The notes beneath the pieces are model-generated. The model was not told the DNA's origin. It saw nothing but the letters and a program-made list of their open reading frames with translations, and ran no database searches. Shown here piece after piece: positions 22,023 through 32,940 of a DNA stretch of 64,000 bases (position 1 is its first letter; each line of letters begins with the position of its first letter). Source of the DNA: Candidatus Forterrea multitransposorum CG_2015-17_Forterrea_25_41 (GTDB taxonomy: Archaea; Iainarchaeota; Iainarchaeia; Iainarchaeales; CSSED10-239); assembly GCA_009392915.1 (NCBI GenBank), contig CP045477.1, forward strand, positions 736,001 to 800,000, written 5' to 3'. The translations under genes were made by a program, and so were the position numbers.

Positions 22023-24143
22023 ATGAAACTGATTATTTCTGAAAAAGCAATTGCAGGAAAAAAAATTGCATCAATTCTTTCTAAAAATAAATTCACAACT
22101 GTTAAAGATAAAGGGATAGATACTTTTTCTTTTAAAAAAGACGGTGAAGATTATTTACTAATACCTTTAAGAGGACATATTAATACTGTAGATTTTGAAA
22201 ACCCTGAAGGTTATTGGAGTATTTTTAATTTAGATCTTTTAGCTGATAAAAAATTTATTTATAAAGAAGTTGAGAAAAGAATCATTTCACTTTTAAAAGA
22301 AAAAAGAAAAGATTTAAATGAAATAATTATTGCAACTGATGCTGATAGAGAAGGAGAGGCTATTGGCCTTGAAGCATATGAATATGTGAAAGTTAAAAAT
22401 GCAACTGCAACATTAAAAAGAGCATACTTTAGTGCTTTAATTGAAAAAGAAGTAAGTACTGCTTTTAAAGAACTTAGAGAACTTGATTTTAATTATGCTT
22501 ATTCTGTTTTTACAAGACAAGAAATTGATCTTTTATGGGGTGCTATATTAACTAGATATTTATCAGTTATTTCAAACAGAAAAGGAAAGTTATTCTTATC
22601 AGCTGGTAGAGTACAAACACCTTTATTAAATTTAATTGTAGAAAAAGAACTTGAAAGAGATAAGTTTGTTGAAGAAAAATATAGAGTAATTAGAATTTTA
22701 TTTGAAAAAGATAAAATTAAGTTTGAAGGAACTCATAAACTTAACAAAATGTTTGATATTGATAAAGCAGATTTAATATATGAAAAAATAAAAGATGCTA
22801 AAGATGGAACTGTTATATCTGTTTCAAAAAGTGAAAAAACACTTAAAAAACCAACTCCTTTTAACACAACTAATTTTTTAAGAAGTGCAAGTTCCTTAGG
22901 TATTGGAACAACAACTGCGATGAATACTGCAGAAAGTTTATATCAAAAAGGAATAATCAGTTATCCTAGAACAGATAACACAGTGTATCCTTCAAGTCTA
23001 GATTTTAAAGGAATTTTAGAAAAATTAAGTGGGCTTAAAGAATATGAAAAAGATGCTAAAGAAATTTTAAAAAAACCTATAAAGCCATCTAGAGGAAATA
23101 AAGAAACAACTGATCATCCTCCTATTTACCCTGTTGATATTGCAGTTGATTTAGCAGGAACTGAAAAAAGGATTTATGACCTTGTAGTTAGAAGATTTCT
23201 TGCAACTCTTTCAACTGATGCAAAAACAGAAAATTTATCTGTTTTAATTGATGTCTTAAAAGAACCTTTTGTTGTAAATGGCCAAAGAATAATTGATCCT
23301 GGTTGGAAAAAAATATATATATTTTCTAAACTAAATGAAGTTATTTTACCATTTTTAGAAAAAGGAAATGTTGTAAATATCAAAGATAAATTTTTAGATA
23401 AAAAAGTAACTACACCACCTCCTAGATATACTGAAGGTGGACTTATTAAATTAATGGAAGATCAAAATTTAGGTACAAAATCTACAAGACCTGCAATTAT
23501 TCAAAAATTAAAAGATAGAGGGTATATTAAACCTGAAAAACAAATTGAACCAACTCCGATTGCAATATCTGTTTGTAGTGTTTTAAATAAACATTCAGAT
23601 GCAATAACACAACCTAAACTAACAGCTGATATTGAAAATGAAATGGAAAAAGTAGCTTCTGGTAAAAAAACTAAAGAAGATGTTGTAGATGAATCTAGAA
23701 AAATACTTCATGAAATAATAAAAATACTTTTAAAAGAAAAAGATGCAATTGCAAAAGAACTCAGAGGAGGAATAGCTGAACAAAATTATATTGGTAAATG
23801 TAATAAATGCGGAAAAAATTTAATTATAAGACATGGAAAAACAGGTAAACAATTTGTTGCATGTTCGGGGTATCCTGCTTGTAAAAATACATTTCCACTA
23901 CCTCAAAACAAAATTGTAACCCCTATTGAAGATGCATATTGTGAAGTATGTAAATTTCCAATGATAAAAGTTTCTTCTAAGAGAGGTAAAACATATGAAA
24001 TGTGTTTAAACCATAAATGTCCTACAAAAGAAGAATTTTTGAAAAAAATGAAAGAAGAAGAATCTTTAGAACCAACAACTGAAGATGTTAAAAAAGAAGA
24101 AACTATAGTTAAAAAAAGAACTTATAAAAAGAAAAAAGTATGA
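22023..24143 (+). CDS. topA: DNA topoisomerase, type IA (Topo I/III-like) with C-terminal zinc ribbons
   Basis: Toprim IIATDADREGEAIG, active-site Tyr motif GIISYPRTDNT, and two C4 zinc ribbons near the C-terminus. Confidence 0.9.
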   Translation: MKLIISEKAIAGKKIASILSKNKFTTVKDKGIDTFSFKKDGEDYLLIPLRGHINTVDFENPEGYWSIFNLDLLADKKFIYKEVEKRIISLLKEKRKDLNEIIIATDADREGEAIGLEAYEYVKVKNATATLKRAYFSALIEKEVSTAFKELRELDFNYAYSVFTRQEIDLLWGAILTRYLSVISNRKGKLFLSAGRVQTPLLNLIVEKELERDKFVEEKYRVIRILFEKDKIKFEGTHKLNKMFDIDKADLIYEKIKDAKDGTVISVSKSEKTLKKPTPFNTTNFLRSASSLGIGTTTAMNTAESLYQKGIISYPRTDNTVYPSSLDFKGILEKLSGLKEYEKDAKEILKKPIKPSRGNKETTDHPPIYPVDIAVDLAGTEKRIYDLVVRRFLATLSTDAKTENLSVLIDVLKEPFVVNGQRIIDPGWKKIYIFSKLNEVILPFLEKGNVVNIKDKFLDKKVTTPPPRYTEGGLIKLMEDQNLGTKSTRPAIIQKLKDRGYIKPEKQIEPTPIAISVCSVLNKHSDAITQPKLTADIENEMEKVASGKKTKEDVVDESRKILHEIIKILLKEKDAIAKELRGGIAEQNYIGKCNKCGKNLIIRHGKTGKQFVACSGYPACKNTFPLPQNKIVTPIEDAYCEVCKFPMIKVSSKRGKTYEMCLNHKCPTKEEFLKKMKEEESLEPTTEDVKKEETIVKKRTYKKKKV

Positions 24144-25159
24144 GCCTTACAAACAAAGAGGACACCATCTATAAGAAAATAAAGGTTGCATCAGAAAATA
24201 ATCCAGAAAAACCTGAGTTTCCATCTGATGACCCTAAATTTCCTGCAACCCCTACTTATAAAATAAAGATACCTGGTTATAATAATGTTTATTTAAAAGA
24301 CGAAAGCTATAACCCTACTGGCACACACAAAGATAGAATGGCTTGGGAAATAATTGTTACTTACAAAAGTTTTTTAAAATCTAAGAAAGATGGGCTTATT
24401 GAAAAATTACCTGTTATGTCCATTATATCTTCTGGATCAGCTGCTTACGCCATACAATCACAACTTAGAAAATATGGTTTGCCTAACTTAAAGGTGATTG
24501 TTGATGAAAAAATATCTCCTGAAATAATTACAAGCCTTGAAAAAATGGGTTGTACGATATACAAAAAAAATTTATCATTAAAAAAATTGTCAGGAGAAGA
24601 CATTCTTAAGATTACTGATAATCAAGAGGGTTTTGACATCACTTCAAATGAGGCTCTTGACCCAACAAGTAGATTTTATGATTGGTTAAGTTATGAGATA
24701 ATCAATAATTCTCCAGACTATTGTTTTATTCCTTTTGGAACAGGTAATTTATTTGAAAATATTTTAAACATCACAAAAAAAGAAGTATCTACAAAAAATC
24801 ACGATCCTAGATTTAAAGGAAATGTTAAAATTTTAAAAAGGTGTGATTTTTTTGGAGCCACAACAAATAATAAAACAACTAAAGCAGATAAACTTTATTC
24901 ACCACATCTTCCTTTTGTGCATTATAGTGAACAGTGGTTGAAAACATATAAGTTTTCTGGATTTGTTGGACATTATTCTGACGTACTTATTTTTAAAGAA
25001 AGATACTTAAAAGAAGCATGCGAGATTTTAGAATCTCAAGGGGTTTCTTTTGAACCTTCTGCAGCTGCTGGTCTTGCATTATTTTTAGAAATAAAAAATA
25101 AAATACCTAAAACAAAAAAAATACTTATTGTTAGTACTGGAAAAAGTAAATATCTTTAA
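24140..25159 (+). CDS. PLP-dependent enzyme, fold type II (threonine synthase-like family); exact activity unknown
   Basis: YNPTGTHKDRMAW resembles the NPTGSFKDR lysine-PLP motif. It is followed by SSGSAAYA and a C-terminal FEPSAAAG...VSTGKS block. It overlaps the topoisomerase stop by 4 nt. Confidence 0.5.
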   Translation: MSLTNKEDTIYKKIKVASENNPEKPEFPSDDPKFPATPTYKIKIPGYNNVYLKDESYNPTGTHKDRMAWEIIVTYKSFLKSKKDGLIEKLPVMSIISSGSAAYAIQSQLRKYGLPNLKVIVDEKISPEIITSLEKMGCTIYKKNLSLKKLSGEDILKITDNQEGFDITSNEALDPTSRFYDWLSYEIINNSPDYCFIPFGTGNLFENILNITKKEVSTKNHDPRFKGNVKILKRCDFFGATTNNKTTKADKLYSPHLPFVHYSEQWLKTYKFSGFVGHYSDVLIFKERYLKEACEILESQGVSFEPSAAAGLALFLEIKNKIPKTKKILIVSTGKSKYL

Positions 25160-25171
25160 ACTAAGAAAAAT

Positions 25172-25537
25172 ATGAAAATAACTTCTGAGATTTGGAGCAA
25201 TTTATTTTTTTTAATACCTTTACTTTTAAGTGCACAATATAAAATGTATGTGTACACAGGGCTTACGCTTGTGCTTTTTATTTTCTCTACATTTTACCAC
25301 CTCTCAAATAAAAATAAATTTAAGCTATTGGACAAAATATTTGCTTACTTTATAATTGCTTATAATGTATATTTGTTTTACTTAGCTAACTTCAAGATAA
25401 TTTATTTTGGAACTGCTTTTTTATTTGTTTTAATAGGAGTTTACTTTTTGTATATTAAAAAGAACGATGATTGGCAATGGCATTTATCATCCTCAATTGT
25501 AAGCGTACTTTCTATTCTAGCTTACTCTTCAATTTAG
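25172..25537 (+). CDS. small membrane protein
   Basis: 121 aa with four hydrophobic helices. Confidence 0.35.
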   Translation: MKITSEIWSNLFFLIPLLLSAQYKMYVYTGLTLVLFIFSTFYHLSNKNKFKLLDKIFAYFIIAYNVYLFYLANFKIIYFGTAFLFVLIGVYFLYIKKNDDWQWHLSSSIVSVLSILAYSSI

Positions 25538-25607
25538 AAAAAACAAAAATCTTTTTAAGCCCTTTCTATCATATATATAAATATATTAATTCTATAAGGA
25601 AAAAATT

Positions 25608-27791
25608 ATGGTTGAAAAAATAATTTTAACTGTTAAAGAAACAGATATTAAAGATGCTTTGAAAGGTATTGCAAAAATAGATCCTCTTGTTTTTGATAAA
25701 ATGAAATTAACTATTGGAGATGTAATATTAATTGAAGGATCTAAAAGAGCATTAGCTTATGCAACTAGAGGTACAGAGCTAGATGCTGGTTTAAATCAAA
25801 TTAAAATAGATGGTATTGTAAGACATAACTCTGGTGCATCAATAGATGATTCTGTTTTTATTGAAAAAGCAAATGTATTACCTTGTGAAACAATTAACCT
25901 TGCACCTATTATTGAAAAAAATAAAAAAATAAATTTAAATAAAGATGTTGAAAGTTTAATTAAAGAAAAATTATTAAATATTAATATTGTTGAAAAAAAC
26001 ATAGTTAAGATTCCAGGACTTCCTATTCTAACAGAAGATGGTTATAGAGACTTACAATTAATTGTAAATAAAACAATTCCTAAAAATGCTGTAAGGATTA
26101 CTGAAAATACAAAAGTAATTATTTCAGAAAAAGCAGAAGATTCAAAGACTCCTTCTATGACATATGATGATATAGGGGGTCTTAAAAAAGAAATTGAAGC
26201 TATTAGAGAAATGGTTGAACTTCCTATAAAAAGACCAGAGATTTTTAAAAAGCTAGGTATTTCTCCACCTAAAGGAGTTTTACTTTATGGACCTCCAGGA
26301 ACTGGAAAAACTTTACTTGCAAAAGCAGTAGCATCTGAAACTGATGCAAAATTTATAACTATTAACGGTCCAGAAATAATTACTGCTCAAGTTGGAAAAT
26401 CAGAAGAAAATTTAAGAGATATCTTTAAAGATGCAGAAGAGAATGCACCTGCAATTATTTTTATTGATGAAATTGATGCTATTGCTCCTAAAAGAGATAA
26501 AGCACATACATCTGATTTTAATAAATCATTATTAGCACAACTTTTAACATTAATGGATGGGCTTACAGCAAGAGGACAAGTTGTTGTTATTGCTGCAACA
26601 AATATGCCAGATTCAATTGATGTGGCTTTAAGAAGACCAGGAAGATTTGATAGAGAACTTGAAATTAATGTTCCTGATAAAGACGCAAGAAAAGAAATAT
26701 TACAAGTTCATATTAGAGGAATGCCTATTAAAGATCTTAACATAGATGAAATTATAGAAATTACAAATGGATTTTCTGGAGCTGATATTTCTGCACTCTG
26801 TAAAGAAGCTGCATTAAAAGCAATTAAAAGATTAATGCCTTTAATAAATAAAGAAAATGGAAAACACTTATCAAGAGAGATATTAGATAAATTAATTATA
26901 ACTCATCAAGATTTCTTGGACGCATTAAATGTTGTAGAACCTTCTGCATTAAGAGAAGTTCAAGTTCAAATACCAACAACCACTTGGAATGATATTGGTG
27001 GTCTTGATGAGCAAAAACAAAAATTAAAAGAAATGATTGAATGGCCTTTAAAATATCCTGATAAATTTAAAGAATTAAAATTAACACCTCCTGCAGGTGT
27101 TTTACTTTTTGGACCACCTGGTACTGGAAAAACATTAATTGCAAAAGCAATAGCAAATGAAAGCTCTGCAAATTTTATATCTTTAAAAACATCTGAAATA
27201 AAACAAAGTCTTCAAGGTGAATCTGAAAAGAAAATTAGAGATGTTTTTAAAAAAGCAAGACAACTTGCACCTGCAATTATTTTCTTTGATGAAATTGATG
27301 CAATTACAAGTATTAGAACAAATAATACTGCAAATTCTGATTATAATAATAGTATAATTTCACAATTATTAACAGAAATGGATGGTGTTTCAAAATTAAA
27401 AGATATTGTTATTATAGGTGCAACTAACAGGATAGATATTGTAGATACGGCATTTTTAAGACCAGGAAGATTTGATTTAAAATTAGAAATTCCAAATCCA
27501 GATTTAAAATCAAGAGAAAAAATATTTGAAGTTTATTTAAATAAAATGAATACTGATAAAAATATAAATATTAAAGAAATTGCAAAAACAACTGATGCTC
27601 TTTCAGGTGCTGAAATAGAATCTATTGTTAGAGAAGCTGGTATGGATGTTTTAAGAGAAAACATATCAGGTAATGAACAAAGTCTTTTAATAACTGAAAA
27701 ACATATTAAAAAAGCAATTAAAGAAATAAAAAATATAGAAAAAGAAAAAGGGAAAAATAAAAAAAATAATTTAGAAAAAGGTGTTATATAA
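25608..27791 (+). CDS. cdc48: AAA+ ATPase Cdc48/VCP (two AAA domains)
   Basis: An N-terminal Cdc48-N-like domain, then two Walker A boxes GPPGTGKT, two Walker B boxes ([18 protein letters not shown]) and second-region-of-homology arginines. Confidence 0.95.
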   Translation: MVEKIILTVKETDIKDALKGIAKIDPLVFDKMKLTIGDVILIEGSKRALAYATRGTELDAGLNQIKIDGIVRHNSGASIDDSVFIEKANVLPCETINLAPIIEKNKKINLNKDVESLIKEKLLNINIVEKNIVKIPGLPILTEDGYRDLQLIVNKTIPKNAVRITENTKVIISEKAEDSKTPSMTYDDIGGLKKEIEAIREMVELPIKRPEIFKKLGISPPKGVLLYGPPGTGKTLLAKAVASETDAKFITINGPEIITAQVGKSEENLRDIFKDAEENAPAIIFIDEIDAIAPKRDKAHTSDFNKSLLAQLLTLMDGLTARGQVVVIAATNMPDSIDVALRRPGRFDRELEINVPDKDARKEILQVHIRGMPIKDLNIDEIIEITNGFSGADISALCKEAALKAIKRLMPLINKENGKHLSREILDKLIITHQDFLDALNVVEPSALREVQVQIPTTTWNDIGGLDEQKQKLKEMIEWPLKYPDKFKELKLTPPAGVLLFGPPGTGKTLIAKAIANESSANFISLKTSEIKQSLQGESEKKIRDVFKKARQLAPAIIFFDEIDAITSIRTNNTANSDYNNSIISQLLTEMDGVSKLKDIVIIGATNRIDIVDTAFLRPGRFDLKLEIPNPDLKSREKIFEVYLNKMNTDKNINIKEIAKTTDALSGAEIESIVREAGMDVLRENISGNEQSLLITEKHIKKAIKEIKNIEKEKGKNKKNNLEKGVI

Positions 27792-27793
27792 TT

Positions 27794-28000
27794 CTATTTT
27801 TTAGATTTTTTATTTTTTTTTGAAAAGAAAAGTAAATAAACTATTGGTAAAATTCCTGCTGTATTAATTATAAAAATACAAACAAACCATGCAAGTTCTT
27901 TTCTTGTACCTGCTTTCCATAAAGCAATACCCTTCCAAACCATTTCCCAAATTGCAATACCTATTATTAAAGGTAAAATCCAAGATATATTTTCAATCAT
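27794..28000 (-). CDS. small two-helix membrane protein
   Basis: 68 aa, Trp-rich and hydrophobic, with a lysine-rich tail. Weak call. Confidence 0.3.
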   Translation of the reverse strand: MIENISWILPLIIGIAIWEMVWKGIALWKAGTRKELAWFVCIFIINTAGILPIVYLLFFSKKNKKSKK

Positions 28001-28071
28001 TTTTCATATCACTTTTTTATTTTTTTTTAAAATAAATATAATTAAACTAATAAAATTTAAAAGATATTTAT

Positions 28072-28509
28072 TTAATTTCCAGAAGAACCAAAACCTTTTT
28101 CTCCTCTAGAAGTATCTTCAAGAGAATTTACTTCTTGTATTTTTGTTTTTAAAATTAATGTAGGTATCATTTGAGCAATTTTATCTCCTTTTTTAATTTC
28201 AAAATCTTCTTTTGAAGAATTAAATAAACAAATCATAATTTCTCCTCTATAACCTAAATCAACAACACCTGCAAAAACATCAATTCCTTTTTTAACAGAA
28301 AGTCCTGATCTTGGAGCAATTCTTAAATAACAACTATAATTATCAGATTCAATATTATTTATTGAAACAGAAATTCCTGTTTTTATAACTTTTCTTTCCA
28401 TTGCAGGAATAACAACATCCTCATCAGAAAACAAATCAAAACCAGCATCATCATCATGTGCTCTTTCTGGTAATTTTGCAGTTTCAGTTAATCTTTTTAC
28501 ATTAATCAT
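28072..28509 (-). CDS. dut: dUTP diphosphatase (trimeric dUTPase)
   Basis: dUTPase motifs AGFDL, RSGL, GVVDLGYRGE and C-terminal RGEKGFGSSG. Confidence 0.85.
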   Translation of the reverse strand: MINVKRLTETAKLPERAHDDDAGFDLFSDEDVVIPAMERKVIKTGISVSINNIESDNYSCYLRIAPRSGLSVKKGIDVFAGVVDLGYRGEIMICLFNSSKEDFEIKKGDKIAQMIPTLILKTKIQEVNSLEDTSRGEKGFGSSGN

Positions 28510-28527
28510 TTTAAAAAAACCTCTTTT

Positions 28528-31128
28528 TTAATTTTTCATATCACAAGAACCTTTAAATCCACAACCTGCAGAACACTCAGTACAACCACCAAGTTTAATC
28601 ATAGTTCCTTTTTTACAAGAAGGACAAGTTTCTCCAGCTTCAGAACCATAAACTACATCTTCTTTTTCTTCTTCAACAACAGGTTCTTGAACTTTTACTT
28701 TTTTAGTTTTTTCATCAAGTTGCTTTTTAATAGAATCTGCATTTTTTTGTTCTAAATTTTTGTCAGTTGATAAAGCTTGTTCATCTCTAGATGAATCTCT
28801 ATAAATTGTAACACCCTTACATCCAAGTTCATAAGCTTTAATATAAAGTTCTTCAGTTTGCTCAACTGTAAAATTAGCAGGAACATTAGCAGTCTTACTT
28901 ATAGAAGAATCAGTCCATTTTTGTATTGCTGCTTGAACAGTAATGTGATTATCAGGAGATAATTCCATTGCTGAAACAAAGAACTCAGGAAGTTTACCAT
29001 CTTTAATATAATCTTGTGCTAAAAGAACATTTACTTCGTGGAAACCAAGTCTTGATTGTCTATAAAACTTAAAAGCAAAATAAGGTTCTATTCCTGTAGA
29101 AGTTCCAATCATTGTTCCAGTAGAACCTGTTGGTGCTTGGGTTATTAAAGTTACATTTCTAATTCCTTTTTCTTTTATTTTTTCTTGAATTTCTAAAGGA
29201 AGTTCTTTAATAAAATTACTATTTAAGTATTTTTCTTTATCAAACTTTGGAAAAAATCCTTTTTCTTCAGCTAAAAGAGCAGAAGTAGAATACATTTCAC
29301 AAGTTATTGTTTTGTATAATTTATCAATAAAGTTTATACTTTCTTTAGAACCATATTTAATTCTTAATCTAATTAATAATTCTGCAAGACCTAAAGTTCC
29401 ACCACCAATTCTTCTTTCTGATTTTTGTACTTTTTCGTTTTCTGAAAAGAAATATGGTGTTAAATCAATTATATTATCTAAAAATCTAGTTAATACTCTT
29501 GCAGATTTTTTTAATTTATCCCAATTAAATTCATAAAGAGGACCAGTTTGGTCTTCTCCAACTTTTTCAGCAAAGGAAGCTAAATAAAGATGTCCAAGAT
29601 TACAAACACCCCATGGAGGAAGACCTTGTTCACCACATGGGTTTGTTGCAACTATTTTATTAAAATAATAACTGTTACTTAATTTATTATATCTTTCCAT
29701 GAAAACAACACCAGGTTCTGCTGATTTCCATGCAGATTTAATTATTTTTTTCCAAAGTTCTCTAGCTTTTACTTTTTCATAAATTTTTGTAGGATATCCT
29801 TTTTCTTTCCAACCTTTTAAATCTCCATCCCATTCTTGATCATAAACTTCAGAATAAGTTGCATTTTCATAATCAGGAAATTCTAAATACCAGTCATCAT
29901 CATTTTTTACAGCTTCCATTAATGAATCTGAAACTTTTACAGAAATGTTTGCATGTTCTAAAACACCAGATTTTGTTTTTGAATCAATAAAAGAATAAAT
30001 GTCAGGATGCCAATCATCAAGCATAAGCATTAGAGCTCCTCTTCTTGATCCACCTTGTTCAATTAAACCAGTTATAAAAGAAAATAAACCACCCCAAGAA
30101 ACAGCTCCTGAAGATCTACCATGTACACCTCTTACATATGCATAAGCTGGTCTTAAACTTGAAAGTGAAGTTCCAACTCCACCTCCTCTTGAAAAAATTT
30201 CAGTCATTTGATGAGCTGCATCTTTTATAATTGAACTTCTAGAATCTTTAGCAGAAGGTATAACATAACAATTATATAATGTTAAATTTGAAGTATAACC
30301 TAAATCATCAACTGATGCACCAGAAAGAATTCTTCCTCCTGGAGAAATATGATTATTTTTTAATTGTTCATAAAATTCTTCAAACCATTTATTTTTAAGA
30401 TATTCATCTTTTTCAACTCTTGCAACTGCTTTTGAAACTCTTTTATATGTATCAAAAACAGATTCTGATGGTTTTTCTGATTTGCTTTGATCTTGAATAA
30501 ATTCATAATTATAATATTGGTCTGCATAAACTCCAGTAATCATATGTAGATGTAATTTATTATTAACAATATCTTTTACAATACCAATATCTTTTTTAGG
30601 ATATTTAGGATCTTCTTTTGTAATTGTAATTACAAGATCACCTACTTCTATTTGATCTCTTTTAGATTTTAAAGAATACCTATCTAAAAAAATAATTAAA
30701 CCTAAATCTTTAAAAGCATCTGAATTATTTAAAACATTTATTGCTTGTTTTGAAAGAGAAACTTTAGCTTCTTTTAATTTTTTAACAATTTCTTTATCTT
30801 CAATTATTTCTTTATTTTCTCTTAATTTTCTTTTTTCTTCTCTATAAAGAATAAATGATTTAGCAGCTTCAGTTTGTTCAGTTGCAATTAAAACATACTC
30901 TATAGTATCTGAAACATCTTCAACAGAAGGAACTTTATTTACAAATTTTGATTCTAAAACTAAAATTACTTTTTCAACTAATGTCTCTAATAGAGATTCA
31001 TTTACTTGATCAACAGATTTCATTGCTTTTAAAATAGCTGATTTAATTTTTAGTTTATTAAAATCTACAACTTCACCTGTTCTTTTTTTAATTTGTGTAA
31101 TTTTTTTAATTTTTAAAACCATGTTCAT
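28528..31128 (-). CDS. nrdJ: adenosylcobalamin-dependent ribonucleotide reductase, class II (NrdJ), with N-terminal ATP-cone and C-terminal zinc ribbon
   Basis: An ATP-cone (KRTGEVVDFNKLKI) and the class II active-site block NPCGEQGLPPWGVCNLG. The C-terminus carries a CPSCK...CTECSAGC ribbon. Confidence 0.9.
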   Translation of the reverse strand: MNMVLKIKKITQIKKRTGEVVDFNKLKIKSAILKAMKSVDQVNESLLETLVEKVILVLESKFVNKVPSVEDVSDTIEYVLIATEQTEAAKSFILYREEKRKLRENKEIIEDKEIVKKLKEAKVSLSKQAINVLNNSDAFKDLGLIIFLDRYSLKSKRDQIEVGDLVITITKEDPKYPKKDIGIVKDIVNNKLHLHMITGVYADQYYNYEFIQDQSKSEKPSESVFDTYKRVSKAVARVEKDEYLKNKWFEEFYEQLKNNHISPGGRILSGASVDDLGYTSNLTLYNCYVIPSAKDSRSSIIKDAAHQMTEIFSRGGGVGTSLSSLRPAYAYVRGVHGRSSGAVSWGGLFSFITGLIEQGGSRRGALMLMLDDWHPDIYSFIDSKTKSGVLEHANISVKVSDSLMEAVKNDDDWYLEFPDYENATYSEVYDQEWDGDLKGWKEKGYPTKIYEKVKARELWKKIIKSAWKSAEPGVVFMERYNKLSNSYYFNKIVATNPCGEQGLPPWGVCNLGHLYLASFAEKVGEDQTGPLYEFNWDKLKKSARVLTRFLDNIIDLTPYFFSENEKVQKSERRIGGGTLGLAELLIRLRIKYGSKESINFIDKLYKTITCEMYSTSALLAEEKGFFPKFDKEKYLNSNFIKELPLEIQEKIKEKGIRNVTLITQAPTGSTGTMIGTSTGIEPYFAFKFYRQSRLGFHEVNVLLAQDYIKDGKLPEFFVSAMELSPDNHITVQAAIQKWTDSSISKTANVPANFTVEQTEELYIKAYELGCKGVTIYRDSSRDEQALSTDKNLEQKNADSIKKQLDEKTKKVKVQEPVVEEEKEDVVYGSEAGETCPSCKKGTMIKLGGCTECSAGCGFKGSCDMKN

Positions 31129-31151
31129 AAAAAATCCCTCTTTTGCTTTTT

Positions 31152-31670
31152 TTAAAATTCAATTCCTTTTCTTGCATAAGTTGTTTTAAAATAATGTTTA
31201 ATTTCTTTCATTTCAGTTACAAGATCTGCAATTTTAATTAATTCTTTGTTTGGTTTTCTTCCAGTTATTATAAGTTCAATATTTTTTTGTTTACAAATAT
31301 TAATTATTTCTTTAACTTTTTCTATTGTTATTAAATTATAATAAAGAATAATATTAAGTTCATCTAAAATTAAAATATCAATTTTTTCTTTATTTAAAAT
31401 TTTATCAACATATAATATTGCTTTTTTTGTTGTTTCTATATGTTCTTTTAATATTTTATTATTTATTATAAATTCCTTAAATCCAAATCTTTTGAAAGTA
31501 ATGTTCTTTATTAAAGGTAAAGTGTTTTGTTCACCAGTTTTTTGATTTTTTAAAAACTGAACAAAGTATACTTTAGCACCTCTTCCTGCAGCCCTAATAG
31601 ATAATCCTATTGCCGCAGTGGTTTTTCCTTTACCATTACCTGTATAAATTTGAAATTTACCATAACTCAT
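31152..31670 (-). CDS. cobO: ATP:cob(I)alamin adenosyltransferase (CobA/CobO/BtuR family)
   Basis: P-loop GNGKGKTTAAIGLSIRAAGRGAKVYFVQFLK, typical of the CobA family. Length 172 aa. Confidence 0.8.
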   Translation of the reverse strand: MSYGKFQIYTGNGKGKTTAAIGLSIRAAGRGAKVYFVQFLKNQKTGEQNTLPLIKNITFKRFGFKEFIINNKILKEHIETTKKAILYVDKILNKEKIDILILDELNIILYYNLITIEKVKEIINICKQKNIELIITGRKPNKELIKIADLVTEMKEIKHYFKTTYARKGIEF

Positions 31671-31910
31671 TTTTATAAACCCCTTATTTTTTTATAAAAA
31701 TGTTTTGTGTTTGAAATATAATAGTGTATTTTGTTTTTATAGTGTTTGGTTAAAATTACAAAATATATGAAAGGTTTTTTTTAGATAAAACAAGTTTATG
31801 TTTAATTAAGTTAATTATTATGTAGTCTATATTAAAAACATATAAATATTATTCTGTATAATAATATAAAATATAGTGTTATATAGAAAAATAAAAAAAA
31901 TGATTATTAA

Positions 31911-32756
31911 ATGGATATTTTAGAAAATAATCTTAAATTAATTAATAAATTTAAAAATGAATTAAGTATTGAAGGATATAGTGATAAAACAATTGATATG
32001 TATTCTATGTATATTACATTATTTTCAAAATTTATTAAAAAAGACTTAATTACTATAAATAGTGATGATGTAATTGAATATTTATCTTATTTAAAACAAG
32101 AAAAAAAAGCTGAAAGTACAACTATGAACTTAGTTCTTTCTGCAATTAAGCATTTTTATTCTAATTTTTTAAAAATAGATTTAGAACTTAAAATTAAATT
32201 ACCAAAAAAAGCTAAAAAGATACCTGTTGTACTAACATCTAAAGAAATAATTTTACTTTTAGAAAATATAACTGATTTAAGAAATAAATTAATTACACAA
32301 TTTATTTTTTCAACAGGAGTTAGAATTTCTGAATGTATGGAAATGAAGTATAAAGATTTAGATTTTAATGAATATACAGGAAAAGTTGTTTCTGGTAAAG
32401 GAAATAAAGATAGAATAATAATATTATCTAAAAAATGGGTTGAAGAATATAAAAAATATCTTGAAAATAGAAAAATATCATCAGAATATTTGTTTTGTAA
32501 TAGTGTTGGAAAACCATTATCTGTAGATACTGTTCAAAAATTTTTAAAAATAGCTGCTAAAGGAGCAGGAATTGATAAAAAAGTATCTCCTCACACCTTA
32601 AGGCATTCTTTTGCAACTAACCTGCTTGAAAATGATGTTAATATTAGATATATACAACAATTACTAGGGCATGCTAATCTAAATACAACACAAATATATA
32701 CTAAGGTTAATACAAATAAATTAAAAATTATTAAAAATCCATTAGATGATTTGTAA
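31911..32756 (+). CDS. xerA: tyrosine recombinase, XerC/XerD/XerA-like
   Basis: An N-terminal core-binding domain and a catalytic C-terminus with ARG (GVRISEC), HTLRHSFAT, LLGH and the Tyr in TQIYTKV. Length 281 aa. Confidence 0.85.
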   Translation: MDILENNLKLINKFKNELSIEGYSDKTIDMYSMYITLFSKFIKKDLITINSDDVIEYLSYLKQEKKAESTTMNLVLSAIKHFYSNFLKIDLELKIKLPKKAKKIPVVLTSKEIILLLENITDLRNKLITQFIFSTGVRISECMEMKYKDLDFNEYTGKVVSGKGNKDRIIILSKKWVEEYKKYLENRKISSEYLFCNSVGKPLSVDTVQKFLKIAAKGAGIDKKVSPHTLRHSFATNLLENDVNIRYIQQLLGHANLNTTQIYTKVNTNKLKIIKNPLDDL

Positions 32757-32810
32757 AGGAAGCAAGACCCCGCACTTCCTGTAATAAATTTTAAATTTTT
32801 TATTATTTTT
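32757..32810 (+). terminator. GC-rich hairpin plus T-tract immediately after the xerA stop
   Basis: AGGAAG-caagaccccgca-CTTCCT forms an inverted repeat. It is an isolated GC-rich island in AT-rich DNA, followed by a ttttttattattttt run. Confidence 0.3.
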
Positions 32811-32940
32811 AGTAAAAATACCTTATTTGGAAAGTAAACTATAAATTAAACATAAAGTCTATTAATTAAATAAATAGATATATAAATCTTTTGTATAACA
32901 CATATTATAATTAATATTTATTTTACTGGAGGAATTATAA

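Noticed and set aside
31680-31910. Search for an att-type direct repeat of the tRNA-iMet 3' half near the xerA gene.
   Set aside because: No match to the tRNA 3' sequence was seen by eye in this spacer, so an integrated-element boundary cannot be claimed.
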